Shown here piece after piece: positions 8,419-16,643 of a stretch of DNA of 64,000 nucleotides; positions within the stretch are counted from its first letter, which is position 1; the number at the start of each line of letters is the position of its first letter. A program made the translations under genes and the position numbers. Source of the stretch: a virus. The stretch lies in IMG/VR virus record IMGVR_UViG_3300043185_000099, positions 32,001-96,000 of that record, one strand, 5' to 3'. Below the pieces are notes generated by a model. It saw only the letters and a list, made by a program, of their open reading frames with translations. It had not been told where the DNA came from and did no database searches.

Positions 8419-10157
8419 TCCGGTCTTCTCGCGACGACGATGGGCTCCCAGGCCGGCTTCAGAGCGGTGCCGTACCCATCCCACAGCTTGGCCTCCTCGG
8501 TCGCCGGGACCGTCACCGGGACCTGGACCGGAATCTGACGGATGCCTGTCCCGTAGGCGCCGAGAGATCCGCCCGGACTCGTGTGGATGCGCGGGTCTTT
8601 GCCGGCAAGAACGTCGTTGAGATTTTCTCCGCCGACGCCGCGAGAGTAGCCGACTACTTGTCTCTCGGCCTTGGCTCTCCTGTCGATCTGCTTGGAGATG
8701 TTGGTCGATTTCGGGAAGCCACTGTTCCCGGTGACGAAGACGCGACCGTTGTGGCGAGCGAGGAAGGCTCCGGTCGGCACCCGGACACACCACACGTCGC
8801 CCGTGTAGTGTTCCCGAACGGGATCCTTGAGGTGTCGTCGTACGAGCTGTGTCTGCGGGTTCTCATGCAGAGAGACGGTCGCCTTGCGCGGATTGTCGCG
8901 CGCCTGCCACCCGATGACGTGTGCGAGCGTCTGGAACCACTCGCGATCCGCATCGTCCTTCTGATAGAAAGCCTTGGCGGCCGGGGTTCCGTCACCGCGG
9001 AGAGCCGCGTGGAGGAATGCCTCCTTCTCCTCCAGCGACATCCTCCAGAGCAGATCATACGTTGGGTGCTTGTCTGGCAGGTCCTCGCGCACTCGGGCGG
9101 CCATTTCCCCAGTGAAGAACCACATGTGCTCGTCGTACGGCAGCCCCCGGTAGAGGCGCGGACGAACGTAGTGCTTGCGATACGGCACCAGATCCCCCAC
9201 GAGAGCATGGATCTCCTCGACGAACTCGCGGCCCGATCCGTCGACCCTCGTACTCTGGCAGATCCTGACTCCGGTGCCGTGCTCGTCGAATCCACCCTCC
9301 GTCCATACCCAGGCCAGTAATTCGGCGTAGCGAAGGCCACCGTCCAGGCCTGAACCATCGTGGTAACCGGCGAGAGGGAGGTTGAGTGTGTTCCAGCGAT
9401 TGATCTCCCCGGCTTCCACCGCGTTCCAGTGATCCTCGCGAGTCGTGACGCGGACGCCGTCCCGCTGCTTCCTGATCCGCGCTCGCTTGTAGACCCGATG
9501 GTTCGGTGTGAGCATCTGGTCTGTGTTGTCGTTGACAAACCGGACCATCTCCCCGTCGTAGGGAGCGACGATCTTCTCCTGGACAGGCAAGAGCAGGACG
9601 GCCTCGGTCTCATGGTCCCAGCACGCCACCCGTTCCCTCTCGTCCACATCGATGCCGAGCTTCCAGCCGTGTTCGGTCAAGATCTCGGACGAGGCATCGA
9701 GACACCCGTAAATCCAGGAGTGCAGCTCGACGTCGACGAGACCCGCGCGCCGCATCGCCCTGACCATGCGATGGTAGGTCCGCGTGCCGCCGAACGCCTT
9801 GACGACGCCTCCCGGCCGCAGCTTGCGGAGTACGAGGTCCCAGAAGTCGGGATCGAACGCGATGCCCGTCGCGTCCCAGACCTTCCCCATGAAGCCCCCA
9901 CCTCTTCGCACTTGGTCGTGAGAGTCCAGCCGGGTCCGGCCGAAGGGTGTCCCGGGATCATTCATGCGAGGACTTCCCCCACGGCTGGCGGACGTCATGC
10001 GAGGACTTCCCCCACGGCTGGCGGACGTCAGATCGTACGGAGGATCGGTCACGACGACGTCGAGACTGTCATCTGGAAGTTCTGCCAAACGAAGCAGGCA
10101 GTCACCTTGCCAGAGTCTGATGTTGGCTGTAGATCTTGTCTTGGTGGCGGACATCAC
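8415..10157 (-). CDS. Catalytic (N-terminal) module of the split beta-class DNA methyltransferase, intein-containing
   Basis: LWQGDC...VVTDPPY, KLRPGG..KAFGGTRTYHR, SWIYG[intein]SGFPKS; ends GYGTALKPAWEPIVVARRPE-stop. No SAM-binding motif. Confidence 0.88.
   Translation of the reverse strand: MMSATKTRSTANIRLWQGDCLLRLAELPDDSLDVVVTDPPYDLTSASRGGSPRMTSASRGGSPRMNDPGTPFGRTRLDSHDQVRRGGGFMGKVWDATGIAFDPDFWDLVLRKLRPGGVVKAFGGTRTYHRMVRAMRRAGLVDVELHSWIYGCLDASSEILTEHGWKLGIDVDERERVACWDHETEAVLLLPVQEKIVAPYDGEMVRFVNDNTDQMLTPNHRVYKRARIRKQRDGVRVTTREDHWNAVEAGEINRWNTLNLPLAGYHDGSGLDGGLRYAELLAWVWTEGGFDEHGTGVRICQSTRVDGSGREFVEEIHALVGDLVPYRKHYVRPRLYRGLPYDEHMWFFTGEMAARVREDLPDKHPTYDLLWRMSLEEKEAFLHAALRGDGTPAAKAFYQKDDADREWFQTLAHVIGWQARDNPRKATVSLHENPQTQLVRRHLKDPVREHYTGDVWCVRVPTGAFLARHNGRVFVTGNSGFPKSTNISKQIDRRAKAERQVVGYSRGVGGENLNDVLAGKDPRIHTSPGGSLGAYGTGIRQIPVQVPVTVPATEEAKLWDGYGTALKPAWEPIVVARRPE
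8724..9704 (-). mobile_element. Intein (327 aa) with LAGLIDADG/DOD-type homing endonuclease domain
   Basis: Block A CLDASSEILTEHGWK, block B LTPNHRVY, endonuclease-like LLAWVWTEG and FLHAALRGDG, blocks F/G YTGDVWCVRVPTGAFLARHNGRVFVTGN followed by Ser+1. Removal restores WIYG-SGFPKS, matching WTYSTGFPKS in the paralogue at 31-1053. Confidence 0.92.
9962..10030. repeat. Perfect 33-bp tandem duplication (in frame; TSASRGGSPRM twice)
   Basis: tcatgcgaggacttcccccacggctggcggacg at 9962-9994 and 9995-10027, plus tca. Confidence 0.95.
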
Positions 10158-10938
10158 CTGCGCTCGTTGTGTGAAGTCATTCCACGTCCCTGACTATCGA
10201 GCCCGGACGGCTCAGTTCTGTTCGCGCGGCTGCATGACTCAGGCACCACTCTGCCGACTCCCCCCTCATCGTCCCCGAAAGAGGATCGTCCTGACGTGCA
10301 AGACTTGCCAGCAGACGTTTGAGAGACAGAGCGGACGCCCACGCCATGGGCGCGGCGTCTACTGCTCCCGTCGTTGTATGTATGAGGGACTCGCCGAACA
10401 CAGAGCCCCACGTCAGACGATGGTCTGTGTCGGCTGCGGAGCAATCTTCCAGATTCTTGCTTGCCAGCAACGAGACCGCAGAGGGGCAGGCACGTACTGC
10501 TCGCGAGCCTGCCGCGACGAAAATCGGCGCGGGCCGAAGCATCCTCAGTACCTCCACGGCGCAGGGGCCTACCATCGCGGACCGAATTGGCAGCGGCAGA
10601 AACGTCACGCGAAAGCGCGGGACGGCCATCGGTGCCTGCGCTGCGGAACCCGTGAACAAGATCTTCGGGCGCGTGGCAAGTTCCTCCACGTCCATCACGT
10701 CGTGCCCTATCGCCTCTGTTCCTCTTGGAAGAGTGCCAACCGCTTAGAGAACCTCCGATCCCTGTGCGAGAACTGCCATCGCGTCGAGGATGCAGAGTTC
10801 CAGGCGCTGGAACGCGATCTGATTGCTGATCTGGAGAAGATCTCGTCAAGCACATCTGTCCATGTGGCCCCTGAAGACGGCGAGACTCTCGGCACCCGTC
10901 AAGACGGTCAGCGAAGTTGTGGAGCAGGCACACCATGA
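10144..10938 (+). CDS. Free-standing HNH endonuclease with three CxxC...CSxxC zinc-ribbon repeats
   Basis: CARC..FCSRGC, CKTC..YCSRRC, CVGC..YCSRAC; ARDGHRCLRCG...LHVHHVVP...ANRLENLRSLCENCH. Start uncertain: GTG 10144 is in frame with the 9964 ORF. Confidence 0.85.
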   Translation: MADITCARCVKSFHVPDYRARTAQFCSRGCMTQAPLCRLPPHRPRKRIVLTCKTCQQTFERQSGRPRHGRGVYCSRRCMYEGLAEHRAPRQTMVCVGCGAIFQILACQQRDRRGAGTYCSRACRDENRRGPKHPQYLHGAGAYHRGPNWQRQKRHAKARDGHRCLRCGTREQDLRARGKFLHVHHVVPYRLCSSWKSANRLENLRSLCENCHRVEDAEFQALERDLIADLEKISSSTSVHVAPEDGETLGTRQDGQRSCGAGTP

Positions 10939-10973
10939 CCTGTCTACCCGCCCGAGTGCCATGTCGAAAACAT

Positions 10974-12536
10974 CTACTCGACCTCCAGGATGACGGGCCG
11001 CTGCTTCGACTCCTTGAATTTGGTCTCCTGGCCCTTCGCGTTCTTCACCTTCTCCTCGAGTGTCTCGATCGGCGTGTGATCAGTCAGGAATCGTCGGCAA
11101 GCGAATTCAATGCGAACCGGCACCCGTGCGAACGGTTTCTGGTCGCGAGATTTCAGGCACTGAAAGATTGCCTGCCCGAGCTTGGCCAGCTCCTCGTCGA
11201 TCCACGTGGCCGTCACGATGTCCGCAGATCGCTCGCATTCGTTCGCATACGACAGGGCCGTGAGGTTGTACCTTCCGCCGGCTTTCTCGGCCGCGCGCCA
11301 CCCCTCGCGGCTGATCTGGAACAGGGCGACGACGGCAATTCCCATGCCGCGGTTGAAGGACATGGCGAGCTTTTTGAGGTCGCGGATCACCTCGTTAAGC
11401 CTCTCTGTCGTGCTGCTGTAGCGACCCCTGGCGCTCATCAGCCCCGCGTGGTCCACGAAGATTGACCTGAACGGAGTCTTGCTGAAGAGCAGCTCGGCAC
11501 GGCTCCGCAGGTCCACGATCGTGAAATCGTTCTTGTCGGGGTCCGCCACCTCGATATGGATGTCCCCATACTCCGACGGATCGACCGGATACGGACCGCT
11601 CGGTGGCACGACACGGACCTTGTTGATTGATGGGACCACGAATTCACGGAGAAACTGCTCTTCATGCGGAAGCAACTTGCCATCCCTGATCTTCTCGTAG
11701 TCGAGACCAAGCGTAGGGATGCCCAGGCGTTTCCGCACATCGCGGAAGTCGTCGTGAGCACTGTGCATCGTGTAGAGCAGGTTCCGGACCTGGAGGTACG
11801 GCATCTCCAGGCTGAAGTAGACGGAGGAGCACCTGTGGTAAATGGCCTGCGTGTAGGCCCAGTGGAGGGCCCAGCTGGACTTGAGTGCGCCGGTGAATCC
11901 CGCGTGGACCCACAGCTCGTTCCGTTTGGCGCCGTTGAGCGTGACGTCGATCTGCTCGATCCCGCAGTGTTGGCCGACACCGAAGTTGGGATCGGCCTTG
12001 ACTTGGTCGTACCGCTTGAAGAAGTCCTCCGCGTCCTGCATCGCGTTGCCAGACAACTTGCCGCCCAATGTCGGGGCTACGATGTCGTGGCTCTTGTCCA
12101 AAACGTAGCGCACCGCGTCGACAGCCCCCATGAGCTTGGTGGACTTCCCCCTGGGATCCTTGATCTCGAGGCCCGAAGAGACGATCTGTGCCATCTCCTT
12201 GGCCAGGTCCATCACGATGCGGTTGCGCCGATCACGGGCCTTCTCCTCCAAGTAGGCTACGAAGTCGCCTCGCGTGCGCGCTTTGATAGCGGAGAGCCAC
12301 TCGATACGATCGACGACATCTACTTCCTGGACCCCTGAGAAGTGGCTCCGCATCGTCTGGATTGTCGGAGCGTGGCCGTGCTGCTTAAAAAAGTCCTGGA
12401 TGTATGTCCAAATGACGTTGTCCTCGACCGTGTCGAAGCCCAGACCCGAGTCCGCCATCGCGTGGTAGTTGAGCGCGATCTCGTTGCTGCTGTCGGTCGG
12501 ATCGGCGACGAAGCAGGAGCGCAGAAGATTTTTCAC
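10974..12536 (-). CDS. DnaB-like (SF4) replicative helicase
   Basis: H1 HAGFTGALKS (variant Walker A), H1a YFSLEM, H2 IFVDHAGLM, H3 VVALFQISRE, H4 ECERSADIV, Arg-finger region CLKSRD. Confidence 0.85.
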   Translation of the reverse strand: MKNLLRSCFVADPTDSSNEIALNYHAMADSGLGFDTVEDNVIWTYIQDFFKQHGHAPTIQTMRSHFSGVQEVDVVDRIEWLSAIKARTRGDFVAYLEEKARDRRNRIVMDLAKEMAQIVSSGLEIKDPRGKSTKLMGAVDAVRYVLDKSHDIVAPTLGGKLSGNAMQDAEDFFKRYDQVKADPNFGVGQHCGIEQIDVTLNGAKRNELWVHAGFTGALKSSWALHWAYTQAIYHRCSSVYFSLEMPYLQVRNLLYTMHSAHDDFRDVRKRLGIPTLGLDYEKIRDGKLLPHEEQFLREFVVPSINKVRVVPPSGPYPVDPSEYGDIHIEVADPDKNDFTIVDLRSRAELLFSKTPFRSIFVDHAGLMSARGRYSSTTERLNEVIRDLKKLAMSFNRGMGIAVVALFQISREGWRAAEKAGGRYNLTALSYANECERSADIVTATWIDEELAKLGQAIFQCLKSRDQKPFARVPVRIEFACRRFLTDHTPIETLEEKVKNAKGQETKFKESKQRPVILEVE

Positions 12537-13498
12537 CGACGTCCTCCGCGACCCCGGGGCTTCCTGGGTTTCGGGTCTTCGAGCGAGAGCGTATGCAGGA
12601 AGCTGGTGGTGTGATTGTTCGACTCATCTTCCTCGGCCAGCTCATCGATGATTCCCCCAGCGTCGTCGACGGCATCTTCTCCTTCGTCATCCGCATCGTC
12701 CGTGATGCCCTCTGCCGGTTCTTCGGCCGGCGCGGACTCACGAGGCGCGTCAAGGTCCTCCAGGGCAGCAGTGATAGCCCCGTCCTGTGCCACGACATCC
12801 ACGACAGTGGAGACACTCTTGAAGTTCTTCACCTTGTCGTTGATGATCCGTATGTGGGACCACGTGCTCAGCAGCGACTCCAGGCTCTCGCTGTAGAACC
12901 TATGGTGAACCTCGTTGATGCGGTGGTCTGGTTGATCGACGATCCACGTCGGCTTTCCCTCGTACCGCCGGAGCCCGAGAGCTTCGAGCAGTGCGTTGGG
13001 GGCCTCCTTGTTGGGAAGCTGCTTGACGCCGAGGAAGATCACGAGGAGGTCAGGTGGCGTCACGAGATCGGGCAAGTCGATGGCCTCCAAGGTGGCCCGC
13101 TCGATCTCCAGGTCGTAAATCTTGATGCCCTGAGCCTTCTGTGTGCCGAACCAGCTGTCCAGGAGCTGTGAGTCCGCGTAGACCCGACAGTCCCACATCG
13201 AGGACATGGCGTACGCGAGGGCCTTCATGTGTCGCCGGAATGTGATCTCGCTGGTTGTGATCCACAGGTTGCGGCGCAAGAACAGCTTGAGAGGCGGATC
13301 GTTGCGCAGGCCGGGGATGTCCTTGGCCTCGGACAGCGACTTCCAGATGCTCTCCATGTTCACGAGCTTCAGAGCATCCTTCGTGCAGTCGCAGTACTCG
13401 CCGCCCTTCTCGCCCGGTCGCGTGTAGATACAATCGGGGTAGATGAAGCCCGTGCCACCACACTTCGGGCATTTCGGGTCGGCGTAGTCGCGGCTCAC
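12533..13498 (-). CDS. Probable helicase loader (DnaC/DnaI-like) with N-terminal zinc finger, degenerate ATPase motifs and acidic tail
   Basis: CPKCGGTG...YCDC; PDLLVIFLGV and RRYEGKPTWIV recall the DnaC/IstB DLLxLDDLG and RYxxxKPTIIT motifs; directly upstream of and overlapping the DnaB-like gene. GTG 13498 has a GGAG SD. Confidence 0.55.
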   Translation of the reverse strand: MSRDYADPKCPKCGGTGFIYPDCIYTRPGEKGGEYCDCTKDALKLVNMESIWKSLSEAKDIPGLRNDPPLKLFLRRNLWITTSEITFRRHMKALAYAMSSMWDCRVYADSQLLDSWFGTQKAQGIKIYDLEIERATLEAIDLPDLVTPPDLLVIFLGVKQLPNKEAPNALLEALGLRRYEGKPTWIVDQPDHRINEVHHRFYSESLESLLSTWSHIRIINDKVKNFKSVSTVVDVVAQDGAITAALEDLDAPRESAPAEEPAEGITDDADDEGEDAVDDAGGIIDELAEEDESNNHTTSFLHTLSLEDPKPRKPRGRGGRR

Positions 13499-13505
13499 GG
13501 TCTGT

Positions 13506-15020
13506 CTACTCCAACGTCGGATCGGGCGGGGCGTCGTCACTAGGGTTTGCAACCGAAAGGAAGTCGAACAACCCTCCTCCGTCGTCTGCCACGTCGGCCA
13601 TCCCGAGCGGCTCCTGGTCCCTGATCCTGGCCGTAGCCAATCCGAGGTAGGTCGCGCTGGCGTCGATTCCGATGTAGTCCCGAGCCTCTCGAAGAGCCAC
13701 GAACCCTGTCGTGCCCGAGCCAGAGAACGGATCGAGCACCGTGCATGGTGTCATGTCGTGCGGAGAGCACGAGCACGTCGGTTCCCATCCGACCGTCTTG
13801 TCCGGGTGCCGCGCCTTCCATGCGTTGATCTCTTTGCCAGATAGCTTGGATGCTCTGAATCCCATGTTGCCCGCACCCACGTTGCCGGGCTGCCCGATCT
13901 CAAGACGCTTACCTGGATCGCGGTGTGCCGGCTCCGGCGCAGGCGGGCCCTTCTCCACGACCCTCCTCCACGGAGAGCCGCACGACGAGCAACACCCCAG
14001 GGATGTTCCAGCTTGGATGCAGAGGCGCGGGAGTTCGGGCGGGAACACGGCGAAGTGCGCTCCCGGGTACGGCTTGGTGTTGATGGGCCACACAGATCGC
14101 CGATTACGGCCCGGCTGGTTAGGGGCCTCCTGTGGTCTGCGTTTGCCCCCGATGGAGAGCCGCTCTGGCGTCTCCCAGTTGTTGCCCCCAGCCGCGCCCA
14201 TCCTCTCGTCGGCCCAGGGTTCCATGATCGCGACGTGGTCGTAGTAGTAGTCGTGTGGGTTCTTCGTCAGCAGGAAGATGTACTCGTGGGAGGTTGTCGG
14301 TCGATCCTTGACCGCCTCTGGCATTGGGTTTCCTTTGCTCCACACAATGTTGGACCGCACGTTCCACCCGTCCTCCTGCAGCGCGATGGCGACGCGATGC
14401 GGGATCATCACGAGATTCTTCGGGCGCAGACCCTCGGGAACACGCGACGACTGGCCCTGTGGCAGATTCTTCCACTTCGTCGGTGAGACTTGCTTCACAC
14501 GGTTGGCCGTGTAGCTATCTCCCAGGTTGAGCCACAGGGTCCCGTCGTCTCTGAGGACTCTCCACACCTCGCGGAACACCTCGATGATGTGCTCGACGTA
14601 CATCCATGGGGTTGGCTCAAGTCCGAGGTGCCCGCGCCACGCCCCGCACAGCGTACAAGACTCGGAGCGGTCGACCCTGTACTGCTCCGTCTCGCCGTGG
14701 TCATTCTCAAGACCAGGACCGAGAGTCTTCTCCGCACCCGCCGACACCAGGGTGGAGCCGAGATCTTCTCGGCCGTTGGTGCTGCCCTTGCGCACGACAG
14801 ACGCGTCCTCCCACCGGTGCGGGCACGCGGCATCGCCTCCCCACACGCTCGGCTCGGAATCGTAGGCGCGGAGGCCCCAGTACGGGGGCGACGTCACGAC
14901 GCAGTGGACCGAGGAAGACGGTAGCTCTCGCAGAGCCTCGCGACAGTCGTGGCCGTAGTAGAGATGCGCCTCGGGCGGGCGGTCTCCTGTCGGCCGACGG
15001 ACGACGACGGGCTCAGGCAC
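13506..15020 (-). CDS. Full-length beta-class DNA methyltransferase (SPPY; N4-cytosine/N6-adenine)
   Basis: VVTSPPYWGLR, RVLRDDGTLWLNLGDSY, IVWSKGNPMPE, HEYIFLLTK, HFAVFPPELP, VLDPFSGSGTTG, YIGID. AGGAGG SD before GTG 15020. Confidence 0.93.
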   Translation of the reverse strand: MPEPVVVRRPTGDRPPEAHLYYGHDCREALRELPSSSVHCVVTSPPYWGLRAYDSEPSVWGGDAACPHRWEDASVVRKGSTNGREDLGSTLVSAGAEKTLGPGLENDHGETEQYRVDRSESCTLCGAWRGHLGLEPTPWMYVEHIIEVFREVWRVLRDDGTLWLNLGDSYTANRVKQVSPTKWKNLPQGQSSRVPEGLRPKNLVMIPHRVAIALQEDGWNVRSNIVWSKGNPMPEAVKDRPTTSHEYIFLLTKNPHDYYYDHVAIMEPWADERMGAAGGNNWETPERLSIGGKRRPQEAPNQPGRNRRSVWPINTKPYPGAHFAVFPPELPRLCIQAGTSLGCCSSCGSPWRRVVEKGPPAPEPAHRDPGKRLEIGQPGNVGAGNMGFRASKLSGKEINAWKARHPDKTVGWEPTCSCSPHDMTPCTVLDPFSGSGTTGFVALREARDYIGIDASATYLGLATARIRDQEPLGMADVADDGGGLFDFLSVANPSDDAPPDPTLE

Positions 15021-16626
15021 GCTGCCTCCTGGCATCGGCTGCCAGCGCGTTGAAGATGTCGTCGACGCTGTTCGCGTCGGAGACCAGCACGTTCTTGTCG
15101 TCCTCCCCCTTGATGCGGCGCCCCATGACCTCCTCGATGAGCTGCATCTTCTTCCTGAGCACGGCCATGACCTGCACGTCGATGGTCCCGCGCGCCACCA
15201 GGTGGATCGCGTAGCAGCGGTCGTGCGTCGACCCGATGCGGATCATGCGGCCGAGAATCTGGATGTAGTCCCCCGCGCTCCAGGGGTTGTCGTAGAAGAT
15301 CAGCGCCTTCGCAGCCTGGAGATTGATGCCCTCCGCCCCCGCCGACGTGATCCAGCAGACGCGCACGTCCGACTTCGGGTCCTGGAAGATCCGCATCGCC
15401 TCCTCACGCTCGCCCTCATCCTCGTCTCCGGTGATGCGGACCGTCTTGAGTCCGTACTTCTTGGAAGATGCTTCTCGTTCCAGGATATTGACCATTTTCC
15501 GGAAGCGGCTGAAGACGATCACTTTCTCGTCGGCGAGATCCCCCTCCGTGAGGATTTCAAACAGCTCGTCCATCTTGTCACTCTCGCCATCGCACTCGAC
15601 CAGCTCCGGGTGGTCGACGATCTGCTGGCAGTAGATCAAGGCGGTGAGCTTGGTTGTCTCCTTTGTCTCGCCCGTCTGATCGATCTCCAGGAGCCCCGAC
15701 AGCGCCTCGTGGTACTTCACGGCCTGCTCTGGCGTCATGGCCATGCGGTGTTCTTTCACCGTGAGGATGGGCAGTTCCTTCGCCACGTCCATCTTGGCTC
15801 GGGCGAGGAAGTACGGATCGATCTTCTCGCGGAAACGCTTGATCTGGTCGCTACGATAGCCGATGATCACCGGGATTTGCCGTCGGCTTCCAGGGATGGG
15901 CTGGAGTCGGGTGAGACAGTACTCGGACATGAACCTGTTCTTGGACGTGGGAAACAGGCCCGGCACCAGCAACGAGTAGATCCCGAATCCCTCGATCAGG
16001 TTATTTTTGATGAGGGTGGCAGTGAGCGCCCACATCCTCCGAGCGCGCTCGGGATGGCCGAGGTGCCGCACGACTTGATACGTCTGCGTCGATGGGTTCT
16101 TGTAGGCCGTAGCCTCGTCGGTCACGAGGATGTAGTCCTTCAAGTTCTGCAGATGCTTGATGTCCCGGCGCGCGCTGGCGTAACCCAGGATCAGGACTGT
16201 GGGCCCGACAGAGTGCTGGAACTCCTTGTAGACCGCGTGCCTTTGTGCAGGGGCGCCACTGCACGGCAGCGCCTTGATTGACCCTGGCGTGCAGAACTTC
16301 GCAAACTCCGTGGCCCACTGCATCACCACGCTCTTATTCGTGAGGATGATGACCCTCGTGTTCGGCTCCTTCGCCCAGACGAAGCACAGCGCCGCGATGC
16401 TGACCAAGGTCTTTCCCGTGCCGGTGTCGTCGCCCAGCAGGAACCTGTTCATCATCACGAGATGCAGGACGGCCTGCACCTGGTAGTAACGAATGCGGAG
16501 CGGCTGCTCACTCCCGTCGAAATCCGTGAACGTCGGCTTCAAGAGCGGCGTAGCCCGGAGAGACAGGTCGGTGCGCGTCCTGATATCCCGGAGCTTGTCG
16601 TGGGCAGCCTTCAGGCGCTCGTCCAT
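15013..16626 (-). CDS. SNF2/SF2-family helicase
   Basis: IRYYQ (Q motif), LLGDDTGTGKT, TDEAT (motif II), ALTAT, KVIVFSRF, GAEGINLQAA, DNPWS...QILGRMIRIG. Confidence 0.92.
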   Translation of the reverse strand: MDERLKAAHDKLRDIRTRTDLSLRATPLLKPTFTDFDGSEQPLRIRYYQVQAVLHLVMMNRFLLGDDTGTGKTLVSIAALCFVWAKEPNTRVIILTNKSVVMQWATEFAKFCTPGSIKALPCSGAPAQRHAVYKEFQHSVGPTVLILGYASARRDIKHLQNLKDYILVTDEATAYKNPSTQTYQVVRHLGHPERARRMWALTATLIKNNLIEGFGIYSLLVPGLFPTSKNRFMSEYCLTRLQPIPGSRRQIPVIIGYRSDQIKRFREKIDPYFLARAKMDVAKELPILTVKEHRMAMTPEQAVKYHEALSGLLEIDQTGETKETTKLTALIYCQQIVDHPELVECDGESDKMDELFEILTEGDLADEKVIVFSRFRKMVNILEREASSKKYGLKTVRITGDEDEGEREEAMRIFQDPKSDVRVCWITSAGAEGINLQAAKALIFYDNPWSAGDYIQILGRMIRIGSTHDRCYAIHLVARGTIDVQVMAVLRKKMQLIEEVMGRRIKGEDDKNVLVSDANSVDDIFNALAADARRQRA

Positions 16627-16643
16627 CGCCCAGGCTATACCCC

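Noticed and set aside
8419-8793. N-terminal extension of the 6880-8793 ORF; likewise 6333-6596, 2803-3009, 18092-18259 and 55239-55658
   Set aside because: These overlap upstream genes in another frame with nonsense-like translations. The downstream starts coincide with stop/start overlaps and with where the motifs begin.
5697-10157. Reading the MTase fragments as simple pseudogenes or frameshift sequencing errors
   Set aside because: The breakpoints recur at the same motifs in two N and three middle copies, and each piece is an intact ORF coupled by 4-nt overlaps. Decay is disfavoured but not formally excluded without reads or homologues.
10154-10936. 260-aa minus-strand ORF filling the gap between the helicase and the MTase
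   Set aside because: No motifs; the plus strand encodes a clear zinc-ribbon/HNH protein.
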